Below, piece after piece: positions 17,461-24,870 of a stretch of 57,734 bases of DNA (within the stretch, counting starts at the first letter, position 1; each line of letters opens with the position of its first letter). The DNA is taken from NCBI GenBank assembly GCA_035283785.1, contig DATETG010000015.1, positions 1-57,734 on the forward strand, read 5' to 3'. The stretch is from Candidatus Nanoarchaeia archaeon (lineage in GTDB: Archaea > Nanobdellota > Nanobdellia > Pacearchaeales > GW2011-AR1). Under the pieces are notes generated by a model. It saw only the letters and a list, made by a program, of their open reading frames with translations, was not told where the DNA came from and did not search any database. The position numbers and the translations under genes are program-made.

Positions 17461-18294
17461 TTAATTCGTTATGTAATTAAATTTATTTAGCTCTTCTCTA
17501 AACTTTTTTTCCTGTTCATTATTAGGTATTCTGCTGTGCCACATAGGATCTCCTTCTATTTCTTTTATTCCCTTTCCTTTTAGAGTATCTGCAATTATTA
17601 CAGATGGTTTGTGATAATTTTCATCTGAAGGAATTCTTGACATTATATTATCAAATGCACTCAGAAGTTCTGTGTATGAATGTCCGTTCACTCTTTGGGT
17701 AAACCAGTTGTAACTTTTCCATTTTTCTTCTAGAGGTTCATGAGCAGTTTTTGTTTCTCCGAGTATGGAAGTTCCATTATTATTCATTATGCATATTAAG
17801 TTTCTTAATTTTCTTCTTGTAGCCAAACTCATAGCTTCCTGTGTTGAACCTTCCCAGAATTCTCCGTCGCTTATTATTACATATACATTATTCTTTCTTC
17901 TTTCTGCCATTCCTCCACCTATTCCAAGCCCATGACTTAAGGAACCTGTCGGGCATTCGACTAACGGCATGCTTGGATCCGGATATTGTCTTAAAATTCC
18001 GTCGTGATGCGTGAATTTTTTTAATTCTTCTTTAGAAATATAATTTTTGTCTGCAAGAAAAGGATACATAACAATTCCCTCGTGACCTGGGCTTATTATT
18101 AATCTGTCTCTGTTTTCATCGTTAATATCAAAATTTGTAAATTCTCCGTTGAATAAACTGTTTACTATTTCAACAAGGCCGAAAGTTGACGGGATGTGGG
18201 GTCTTCTTGAGTCAATCCACATGCCAAATAATTCCAATCTGTATTTTTGAGAACCATCAATTAGATTTTTTATTATCGGATAATTTCTCTTCAT
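17461..18294 (-). CDS. Transketolase, N-terminal (thiamine-diphosphate-binding) subunit
   Basis: SPGHEG, GSLSHGLGIGGGMA, VIISDGEFWEGSTQEA and MNNNG motifs; about 277 aa. Confidence 0.85.
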   Translation of the reverse strand: MKRNYPIIKNLIDGSQKYRLELFGMWIDSRRPHIPSTFGLVEIVNSLFNGEFTNFDINDENRDRLIISPGHEGIVMYPFLADKNYISKEELKKFTHHDGILRQYPDPSMPLVECPTGSLSHGLGIGGGMAERRKNNVYVIISDGEFWEGSTQEAMSLATRRKLRNLICIMNNNGTSILGETKTAHEPLEEKWKSYNWFTQRVNGHSYTELLSAFDNIMSRIPSDENYHKPSVIIADTLKGKGIKEIEGDPMWHSRIPNNEQEKKFREELNKFNYITN

Positions 18295-18395
18295 GAATTT
18301 ATCGAGATTCCCGTCTTTTTAAGAATTTATATTCCTGAAAAATTGTTTGAACAAACTACAGAAATTCTTTTAAACTCATATCATATTGTGATTTT

Positions 18396-19973
18396 ATGAA
18401 TTCAAAATCTTTGGATGTCTTGATTGTTCACCCTAATTTTTCAGGAGTTTACGGAGAACTTGCAAAAAAAGGATTTCCTGCAATAGAGCCTCCTTTTCCT
18501 GCAGCAGTTTCTGCCGATTTTTACAGAAATCAAGGGCATGGCGTAGCTATTCTTGATGCAAATCTGGAGAGGTTGTCTCCTGAAGAAACGGCACAAAGAA
18601 TTAAGAATTACAATCCTAAACTTGTTTCAATAATAGGACACGGACAGCAACCTTCAGATTCAACTCATATGATGCACGCAATAGGGGAAGTTTCGCAATT
18701 AGTTGACGGAGAATATCCAATAATTCTAAGTGGGAATCATGCTTCTGCATTGCCTGAAAGAACATTAAGAGAAACTCCTGGTTTGAAGTTTGTTGCTATA
18801 GGAGAAGAGCATAGGGTTGTAGACGCACTTTTGCAATCAGGATTGAATTCAAACAATTTTGCAGAAATCCCTGGACTTGCCTATATTGATAATGGAGAAT
18901 TTCACGATTCAAGAAAAAGCATCGGAACTTTTCCACTTGCAAATTTGAATAATGAATTGCTTGGCGTTGCATGGGATTTGCTTCCAGATCTGAAAAATTA
19001 CAGGGCACATAATTGGCATGCTTATTTTGACGATGAAGATAGAAGTCCTTATGCTTCAATTTATACAAGCCTTGGCTGTCCATTCAAGTGTGGTTTTTGT
19101 GTTATTAATGTTGGATATGATCAATCAGGAAAAAGGGATATCAGGTATTGGGATTCTGACAATATGATAAAAAAGATTGATGACATAGCAGAAAAAGGTG
19201 TAAAGCATGTTAAATTTATTGACGAGATGTTTGTTCTTGAGAGCAAAGGAGAGGATAAAAGAGATATTAACAAATTCTTGGACAGGATGATTGAGAGAGA
19301 TTACAAATTTAATATATGGGCATATGCAAGAATAGACACTGTTAAGAATCAGAAAATGCTTGATAGATTAAAGGCGGCAGGAGTTAACTGGCTTGTCTTG
19401 GGAATTGAATCTGCAAATGCCGATGTGAGAAAAGATTCAAGAAAAGGAGGATTCAGCAACGACAAAATAGATGAGCATGTTAGAAACGTTAGAAACGCGG
19501 GAATCCACATACTTGGAAATTATATGGTCGGACTTCCGAATGACACTCTTGACACAATGCAAGAAACTTTTGATATGGTAATGAAATATAGGGAAGAAAC
19601 ACTATGGATGAATGTTTATTCTGCCGTTGCTTACCCTGGAACTCCTGACCATGCAATGGCTTTGCAAAAAGGAATTATTTCAAAAGATTATCCTACAAAA
19701 GAGCAAGGAGGATGGAATGTTTATGCACACCATCACAAATCATTTAGTCCAACCGGAAATGAAAATTTGACTCCCGAAGAATCTTTGAGATTCAGAGATA
19801 ATATGTTTAATGCTTATTTTTCTGACGGGACATATCTGGAATTTGTGAGAAGGCAATTTGGAGATAATGCTGTTGCACATCTTGAGAGTATGACAAAAAC
19901 AAAATTACAAAGAGACGTTTACAAAAATCCCGAAGTTCTTCAAAGAGTTGATAATCTGAGATGTTTTAAGTAA
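18396..19973 (+). CDS. Radical SAM enzyme with N-terminal B12-binding-type domain (class B rSAM), substrate unknown
   Basis: CxxxCxxC cluster motif YTSLGCPFKCGFCVI. The N-terminal Rossmann-like segment VLIVHPNF...AILDANL...PKLVSIIGHGQQ is typical of the cobalamin-binding domain of class B rSAM proteins. Confidence 0.75.
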   Translation: MNSKSLDVLIVHPNFSGVYGELAKKGFPAIEPPFPAAVSADFYRNQGHGVAILDANLERLSPEETAQRIKNYNPKLVSIIGHGQQPSDSTHMMHAIGEVSQLVDGEYPIILSGNHASALPERTLRETPGLKFVAIGEEHRVVDALLQSGLNSNNFAEIPGLAYIDNGEFHDSRKSIGTFPLANLNNELLGVAWDLLPDLKNYRAHNWHAYFDDEDRSPYASIYTSLGCPFKCGFCVINVGYDQSGKRDIRYWDSDNMIKKIDDIAEKGVKHVKFIDEMFVLESKGEDKRDINKFLDRMIERDYKFNIWAYARIDTVKNQKMLDRLKAAGVNWLVLGIESANADVRKDSRKGGFSNDKIDEHVRNVRNAGIHILGNYMVGLPNDTLDTMQETFDMVMKYREETLWMNVYSAVAYPGTPDHAMALQKGIISKDYPTKEQGGWNVYAHHHKSFSPTGNENLTPEESLRFRDNMFNAYFSDGTYLEFVRRQFGDNAVAHLESMTKTKLQRDVYKNPEVLQRVDNLRCFK

Positions 19974-19986
19974 GATTTTTATATCC

Positions 19987-19998
19987 CGATATATATCG
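19987..19998. promoter_or_regulatory. Perfect 12-nt palindrome CGATATATATCG between TATA box and start of the Bat-type HTH gene (candidate operator)
   Basis: Read directly. TTTTTATAT at 19974-19982, palindrome at 19987-19998, ATG at 20005. A related palindrome sits at 20679-20692. Confidence 0.4.
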
Positions 19999-20004
19999 TA
20001 GTTA

Positions 20005-20673
20005 ATGTGGAAAACCAGATTCTCTGTTTATTACAATGAAGGGGTTTACGCTCCAAGAGCAAAAAAATTTGGTGTAGCTATCCATGGGTATACATTAAAC
20101 TATCATTCTGATAAAAAATATTTTTATTACACTTCCTTGGCTTTTATTGAAGGAGATGAGAAATCAAAGAAAAGATTCATTAATGACCTAAAAAAAGAAA
20201 AAAGAATACACAAGATGGAAGTGCATGATGATCTTTTCATTTGTGTAATAAAAGAGACCGAAACCAAAGAAAAGAAAATGGGTATTAGCCTTTTCTATAA
20301 TCCCTTACTGATACAATTAAAACCATTTATTATTCATTCAGATGGAATGGAGGAGATTGAGCTTGCATCTTTTGACAGAAAATATCTTGAAAAAATATTA
20401 GCACTTGCAGATAAAGAGTACAACATGGAATTTGGATACATTAAAAATGAAAAAATTGACAATTTAGGAGTAATAGGTGCTTTTCCAAAGATGACAAAGA
20501 AGCAGAGAACATCGATAGAGTTTGCCATTAAGAATGGTTATTATGAATATCCGAGAAAAATTGATGTTAAGAAATTGGCGAAAAGAAGCAAGTTGTCTTT
20601 TTCAACATTTCAAGAACATTTGAGAAGAGCAGAGAACAAAATTATCCCATTTGTCATAGGAAAAATCAAGTAG
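20005..20673 (+). CDS. Bat-type (HTH_10) DNA-binding transcriptional regulator
   Basis: C-terminal MTKKQRTSIEFAIKNGYYEYPRKIDVKKLAKRSKLSFSTFQEHLRRAENKI fits the bacterio-opsin-activator HTH_10 signature (LT.rQ...l..A...GYy..PR...l.elA..l.iS.st..eHLRrAE.Ki). Confidence 0.65.
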   Translation: MWKTRFSVYYNEGVYAPRAKKFGVAIHGYTLNYHSDKKYFYYTSLAFIEGDEKSKKRFINDLKKEKRIHKMEVHDDLFICVIKETETKEKKMGISLFYNPLLIQLKPFIIHSDGMEEIELASFDRKYLEKILALADKEYNMEFGYIKNEKIDNLGVIGAFPKMTKKQRTSIEFAIKNGYYEYPRKIDVKKLAKRSKLSFSTFQEHLRRAENKIIPFVIGKIK

Positions 20674-20678
20674 TGATG

Positions 20679-20692
20679 CCGATTTATATCGG
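20679..20692. promoter_or_regulatory. Palindrome CCGATTTATATCGG immediately downstream of the HTH_10 gene (second candidate operator)
   Basis: Arms CCGAT/ATCGG around TTAT. Shares the CGAT-(A/T-rich)-ATCG core with 19987-19998 and abuts TATAAATT. Confidence 0.35.
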
Positions 20693-20823
20693 TATAAATT
20701 AATTATACTGTTTTTTTGATATTTCTTTATGAAAAAAGAAAAAATGATAATTAGAATGAATGGCTTAGCCGTGACTGTAAAATTAAATATTGGAGAAAGA
20801 GAATAACAAAAGGTAAACAGAAA

Positions 20824-21516
20824 ATGGCTGAGGAAATATTTTATAACGGCGAATATTTGAGAAATTTTGCAGATAGTTTGGTGGTAAGAGGTCATGGAAA
20901 AAGAAGAAAAGATAGAAAGAATGCTTCCGATATTTATAGATTTAGCCATCGAAATTTAAATAATCTTGTTATAACCGTTTCACAAAACTTGATTGGTTTT
21001 GGGGATATTATGACCTATGATGTAAAACTAAGCGGATCAAGAGAACAAATCAGAGAATTTATTCGTGCAACTAGTAGAGAAGTGGATAGAGAAATCGGCA
21101 GTAAAGAAAGCGTTGCAAGGCAAATGAAAGAAATCAAAAAATATGAGGCGGTCTTGAAAGAAATTGGATTTGATAAAATAGATAATTTTTTAGGGCAACC
21201 AGTATTCATGTCACAATTACCTTGTAATTCTGAGATTCCTACATGGGCATCTATTGGACATATTGTAGAAAGAAATTTTCACGAAAGATCTTTTTGGATA
21301 GAAAAAGGATTTAATTTAAAAAGACATGAAGGAGAGGATATCATCTTTCACCAAATTGATGGAGCAAAATATGTTGGAGGAGGATATTATCCTTCTAATT
21401 CAACGATAATATGTGATAATCGCGAAAGAAGAAATAAGCTTTTTCTTGTTGAAGCAAAATATTTTAGTGATATTATGGATAGGATTCAGGATGAAAGACC
21501 TGTTTTTCTTTCATAA
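20824..21516 (+). CDS. Hypothetical protein
   Basis: ORF track; 230 aa, soluble; no motif recognised. Confidence 0.5.
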   Translation: MAEEIFYNGEYLRNFADSLVVRGHGKRRKDRKNASDIYRFSHRNLNNLVITVSQNLIGFGDIMTYDVKLSGSREQIREFIRATSREVDREIGSKESVARQMKEIKKYEAVLKEIGFDKIDNFLGQPVFMSQLPCNSEIPTWASIGHIVERNFHERSFWIEKGFNLKRHEGEDIIFHQIDGAKYVGGGYYPSNSTIICDNRERRNKLFLVEAKYFSDIMDRIQDERPVFLS

Positions 21517-21560
21517 ATAATTTTAAATTAGTTTTAGTCAAATTCTTGACTAATAAAAAA

Positions 21561-21731
21561 TGGCCCCGACGGGATTTGAACCCGCGACACCTGGATTTCT
21601 TTTGTTCCATCTCGTTTTCCTCGAGGTGCTTCGAAATCGCCCTTCCGTTTTGGAGGAGGGGTGACTTGTCAGGGGAACGGCGTTCCCATACGATAAGAGT
21701 CCAGTGCTCTACCAAGCTGAGCTACGGAGCC
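21561..21731 (-). tRNA. tRNA-Lys (anticodon CUU) with a 97-nt intron at the canonical 37/38 position
   Basis: Hand-folded. Acceptor GGCUCCG/CGGGGCC; D arm GCUC-AGCUUGGUA-GAGC; anticodon stem CUGGA/UCCAG; loop CUCUUA..A; T arm GCGGG-UUCAAAU-CCCGU; discriminator A followed by a U-run. Exon 1 is 21694-21731, the intron 21597-21693, exon 2 21561-21596. No encoded CCA. Confidence 0.8.
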
Positions 21732-21808
21732 TTTTTTCATCAACGTAGCGAACCAATCGGTTTAAACGAATTCAAACCGGAAAGTGCGCGAGAAAACTTC
21801 GTGTTCTC

Positions 21809-21824
21809 GCTGAGCTACGGAGCC
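21809..21824 (-). repeat. Exact 16-nt copy of the tRNA-Lys 5' end (GGCTCCGTAGCTCAGC), 93 nt upstream of the gene
   Basis: Identical to 21716-21731 (minus-strand reading). The intervening 77 nt contain hairpins at 21788-21810 and 21758-21779. Confidence 0.85.
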
Positions 21825-21958
21825 TTTAATTAATCTCGGAAAAATAGTTTAAAATTTTATCTATGTATATGTATCTAAAGATTATTAAACAGCAGAGTTC
21901 ACAATCAATCTTATACTTCTCTGTTTTTTAAAGTTTTTAATAATTGTTTTTCTCAGAA

Positions 21959-22273
21959 CTAACTATAATCTCTCCAAGTATGTTCACATTTCGGATTAGT
22001 ACACTTGAAGAATTTTGTTTCCGCTTCATCTCCTGAACGCGTCTGAACAGTCCAAAAATAAGCTTCTTTGTTCTTGCATTTTGCGCAAGTTTCCGTTGTT
22101 ATTGGCAGAGTTTGAGTGTCCTCTTTTTTGACAACCGCGACGGTTTTTCTTTCCTTTATTTTCTCCACCGCGTTTATCTCAACTTTTTCCTTTGTTGAAT
22201 AATTACATCTTACACATCCAAAATTTTTTTTCTTTTTTACAAGCACTCCACCGCATTTCGGGCAAAACTTCAT
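21959..22273 (-). CDS. tfs: Transcription factor S (TFS / RpoM-like)
   Basis: N-terminal ribbon CPKCGG...CVRC. C-terminal TFIIS-type ribbon CAKCKNKEAYFWTVQTRSGDEAETKFFKCTNPKCEHTW with the acidic hairpin. Confidence 0.85.
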   Translation of the reverse strand: MKFCPKCGGVLVKKKKNFGCVRCNYSTKEKVEINAVEKIKERKTVAVVKKEDTQTLPITTETCAKCKNKEAYFWTVQTRSGDEAETKFFKCTNPKCEHTWRDYS

Positions 22274-22340
22274 TATTACTGATGATTAACAATATGATTT
22301 AAAAAGTTTTCTTAAGGAAAACACTATTTGATTAGGGTAA

Positions 22341-22961
22341 CTATTCACAAAATCCTCTCTCACTTGGAGATCTTTGAAATTCGAAGAAAACAAGCTTTAT
22401 CCATCCAATATAAGGCATCAATCTCAAGGACGCTTTTCCAACTATCCTATCCGGCGAGATGTTTTTTTCAATGCTCAACTGCCCTTCATTATTATCACCG
22501 ATTGTGGAAAAAGAGATTTTCCCGTCTATGTTTTCAACGTTTATTACTCGGTGTATTATGGGATTGTTTGTTCCGGCGTTGAAGATTATGACATCACCAA
22601 TATGAATTTTTTCTGGCTTTGTTCCTACAATGAAAAGAATGTCTCCTTTGTTGAATCCTTTTTTTAATGTGAAATTTTCAAAATCTTCACCTGTGAGTTG
22701 GAATTCCGAGTATTTTTCAGAATTTGAATTCTTCCACTTGTCGAAACTCGACAACAAATTTCCTTCGTGATACATGCTGCATGATTCCACAATGGCAAGA
22801 GGGAGTGATGTGCCAGTTAACAAGCTCAGTGCTGGGAAAAAAATGAACTTTATGAATATGAATAGGAATATTATTGAGAAGATCCATCCCTTTAAAGAGT
22901 CATCTCTCCAAAAAAGAAACCAGAATTTTTCCAAAAATTTTTCCACATCCTTTAAACTCAT
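22341..22961 (-). CDS. Signal peptidase I, archaeal/Sec11 type
   Basis: N-terminal TM, then AIVESCSMYHEG (SxSM box with catalytic Ser), GDILFIVG and IIHRVI boxes. Confidence 0.6.
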   Translation of the reverse strand: MSLKDVEKFLEKFWFLFWRDDSLKGWIFSIIFLFIFIKFIFFPALSLLTGTSLPLAIVESCSMYHEGNLLSSFDKWKNSNSEKYSEFQLTGEDFENFTLKKGFNKGDILFIVGTKPEKIHIGDVIIFNAGTNNPIIHRVINVENIDGKISFSTIGDNNEGQLSIEKNISPDRIVGKASLRLMPYIGWIKLVFFEFQRSPSERGFCE

Positions 22962-23048
22962 TGAAGAAAAAAGAGAGATATGTTTTTAAAATGTTTTATT
23001 ACAAAAATACATACAAATGCTTTTAAATTACTTCAAACATGATATTTT

Positions 23049-23204
23049 ATGGTCAAAGAGGAAATTAAAAGGGCCGTAATTGCCGGAGCCGCTTCTGCAT
23101 TGAATTACATAAGAAAAAACAAGAATGCTTCGCATGAGGATGCATTGAAGCATGTTGCAAAAGAGATGGGTGAAATCCTTAGGAACATTGAAGACAGAGA
23201 TTAA
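23049..23204 (+). CDS. Unlisted 51-aa ORF (below ORF-track cutoff), hypothetical
   Basis: Read by hand: MVKEEIKRAVIAGAASALNYIRKNKNASHEDALKHVAKEMGEILRNIEDRD. It fills an otherwise empty 259-nt gap. No family recognised. Confidence 0.3.
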   Translation: MVKEEIKRAVIAGAASALNYIRKNKNASHEDALKHVAKEMGEILRNIEDRD

Positions 23205-23220
23205 CATTAGCCATCTGTGC

Positions 23221-23817
23221 TTATGATTTTGAGAGTTTTTTTCTTGGTTCTTTAGATATCATTTTTAAATATTCATCAATACTTTTACCAAAATTTTCAG
23301 TAACTCTCTCGAAGTAAGTGTCTAACCATTCTTGGTCATATTCATTTTCTCCTACAAAACCCTTGCTCATGCGGGACAAACTTCCATCTTCATACAACTG
23401 AAGTCTTGGCAATCTCCATCTCTGTCCTTCATAAATTCCTAAAAGAGGTATCTTAAAAATTCTTGTCAATCCTCCTGCAACATTTTTCACAGACTTCAGA
23501 CTTGAATGCGGAAAGTGAAGCATATGGGAAAATTCCGGAAGGTACAAGTAGGTATCTAGAAAATCTGGATCATCTAATTTGAAAAATGAGTAGAACAAAG
23601 GTTCTTCAGGCACTTGAAAATCGAATTCTCCTGAAAGTTCATTGATTTTGCATTTTAATGAATCTCCGTCGTGGATAGAATTTCCCAAATCATTTTTTCT
23701 TGGTTTTAATTTAATATCTCTGTAATTATGGCAGCCATTGTCCAGAAGCAATCTATTCACTTCTTCAATATCTATAACAATACCTTTTTTGAGAAACGAT
23801 CTTTTTATAGGTAGCAT
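23221..23817 (-). CDS. Hypothetical protein
   Basis: ORF track; 198 aa, soluble; no motif. Confidence 0.5.
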   Translation of the reverse strand: MLPIKRSFLKKGIVIDIEEVNRLLLDNGCHNYRDIKLKPRKNDLGNSIHDGDSLKCKINELSGEFDFQVPEEPLFYSFFKLDDPDFLDTYLYLPEFSHMLHFPHSSLKSVKNVAGGLTRIFKIPLLGIYEGQRWRLPRLQLYEDGSLSRMSKGFVGENEYDQEWLDTYFERVTENFGKSIDEYLKMISKEPRKKLSKS

Positions 23818-23956
23818 GGACGAAAATGCTTTCTCATCTTTTTAATGATTTAGTTAATTCAATACAAAGCCAACAAAATAGAAATATTTATAAATATACA
23901 TTTTATGTATATACTCAAGGTATACACATACCTCCTTTCAATAACCATGTGCAAAC

Positions 23957-24472
23957 ATGGTTTATAATCAAGACAAAATGGCAGACATATTTGACAATAC
24001 TATACTTTGCAAAGATTGCAACAAGAAAATGCAAAAATCGCAGATTTTGAAAAATGGATTTATGCTTAGAGCAATGATTTGCGACAAATGTGGCGAGAGA
24101 CTGATCCATCCTGTTGACAATGAAAATTATAACAAATTTGTAAATTTGCGTAACAAGGAATTCAGTGTCAAGATGAGATTGGTTGGAAATAGTTATGCCG
24201 TTTCAATACCCAAAGAAATTGTTTCTTTCATGAATAATCAGGAAAGAGTATTCAAAGATTTTGACAAAATGGTCAGATTATGTTTTGAAGAGATGGGGAA
24301 ATTGTCCTTAAATTTTGGGAATAATGTTCATGAAAAAGCAAGAGTTGTAAAATCCCGAGAAGTTAAGATAGTAAAGAACAACAAGCCGGTTTTTCACTCA
24401 AAACAATTTTACGATTCCGCACATCCGGAAAAAAATTTCAAGACAGTAAAAAAAGCGCAGGAGGAAGAATAA
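23957..24472 (+). CDS. Zinc-ribbon + SpoVT/AbrB-like DNA-binding protein
   Basis: CKDCNKKM...CDKCGERL ribbon, then VKMRLVGNSYAVSIPKEIVSFM, typical of the AbrB/MazE swapped-hairpin fold. Confidence 0.5.
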   Translation: MVYNQDKMADIFDNTILCKDCNKKMQKSQILKNGFMLRAMICDKCGERLIHPVDNENYNKFVNLRNKEFSVKMRLVGNSYAVSIPKEIVSFMNNQERVFKDFDKMVRLCFEEMGKLSLNFGNNVHEKARVVKSREVKIVKNNKPVFHSKQFYDSAHPEKNFKTVKKAQEEE

Positions 24473-24474
24473 AA

Positions 24475-24870
24475 ATGGGTATGTTGGTATTGACAGAAGA
24501 ATGGAGAGAAAGAAAAACTAGCAGATTGGGGGATATCTCCGCAGAATCTCAAGAAATTATTAATGTTGACTTTTCCCAACAACCAAAAATTAATTCGTCG
24601 AATAATTTTGATAAAATATTTGAATTATATGATTTTATTTTAACGCCAAGTTCTTTTGTTAGATATGTTAATAATCACCGAGATGAGATAAGCGATTCTG
24701 ATTACTACTTTAACTCAACTTTTGCCTACACTTTTGAAGCTGTAAGGTTAGGCATGTATGGAGTTTTTGCGGTAATGCTCCCCCTTATTCCGTTAGGATT
24801 CTTAACGGCAGGATTATTAAGTTATTTATACTCAGCAAATAAAAAAAATAAGGAAAAAAATGAACGATAA
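24475..24870 (+). CDS. Hypothetical protein with C-terminal TM hairpin
   Basis: Starts 2 nt after the previous stop and overlaps the cdc48 start by 11 nt. Hydrophobic MYGVFAVMLPLIPLGFLTAGLLSYL. Confidence 0.45.
   Translation: MGMLVLTEEWRERKTSRLGDISAESQEIINVDFSQQPKINSSNNFDKIFELYDFILTPSSFVRYVNNHRDEISDSDYYFNSTFAYTFEAVRLGMYGVFAVMLPLIPLGFLTAGLLSYLYSANKKNKEKNER

Noticed and set aside
20602-20949. 115-aa minus-strand ORF spanning the end of the HTH_10 gene and the start of the next gene
   Set aside because: It overlaps two better-supported plus-strand genes and is a low-complexity hydrophobic sequence.
21732-21745. UGAUGA (C-box-like) immediately upstream of tRNA-Lys, and the idea of a C/D box sRNA
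   Set aside because: No D box (CUGA) lies at the required distance outside the tRNA body, there are no C'/D' boxes, and the first position is not a purine.
21546-21833. 95-aa plus-strand ORF (and the 80-aa minus ORF 21473..21715) across the tRNA-Lys locus
   Set aside because: It is antisense to or overlaps a well-folding tRNA gene and its duplicated 5' segment. The amino-acid repeat (SYGAF) only reflects the duplicated tRNA sequence.
23826-24109. Two small ORFs (74 and 64 aa) in the divergent promoter region before the Zn-ribbon/AbrB gene
   Set aside because: They overlap each other and the 5' end of the supported gene. The region is better explained as a bidirectional promoter.
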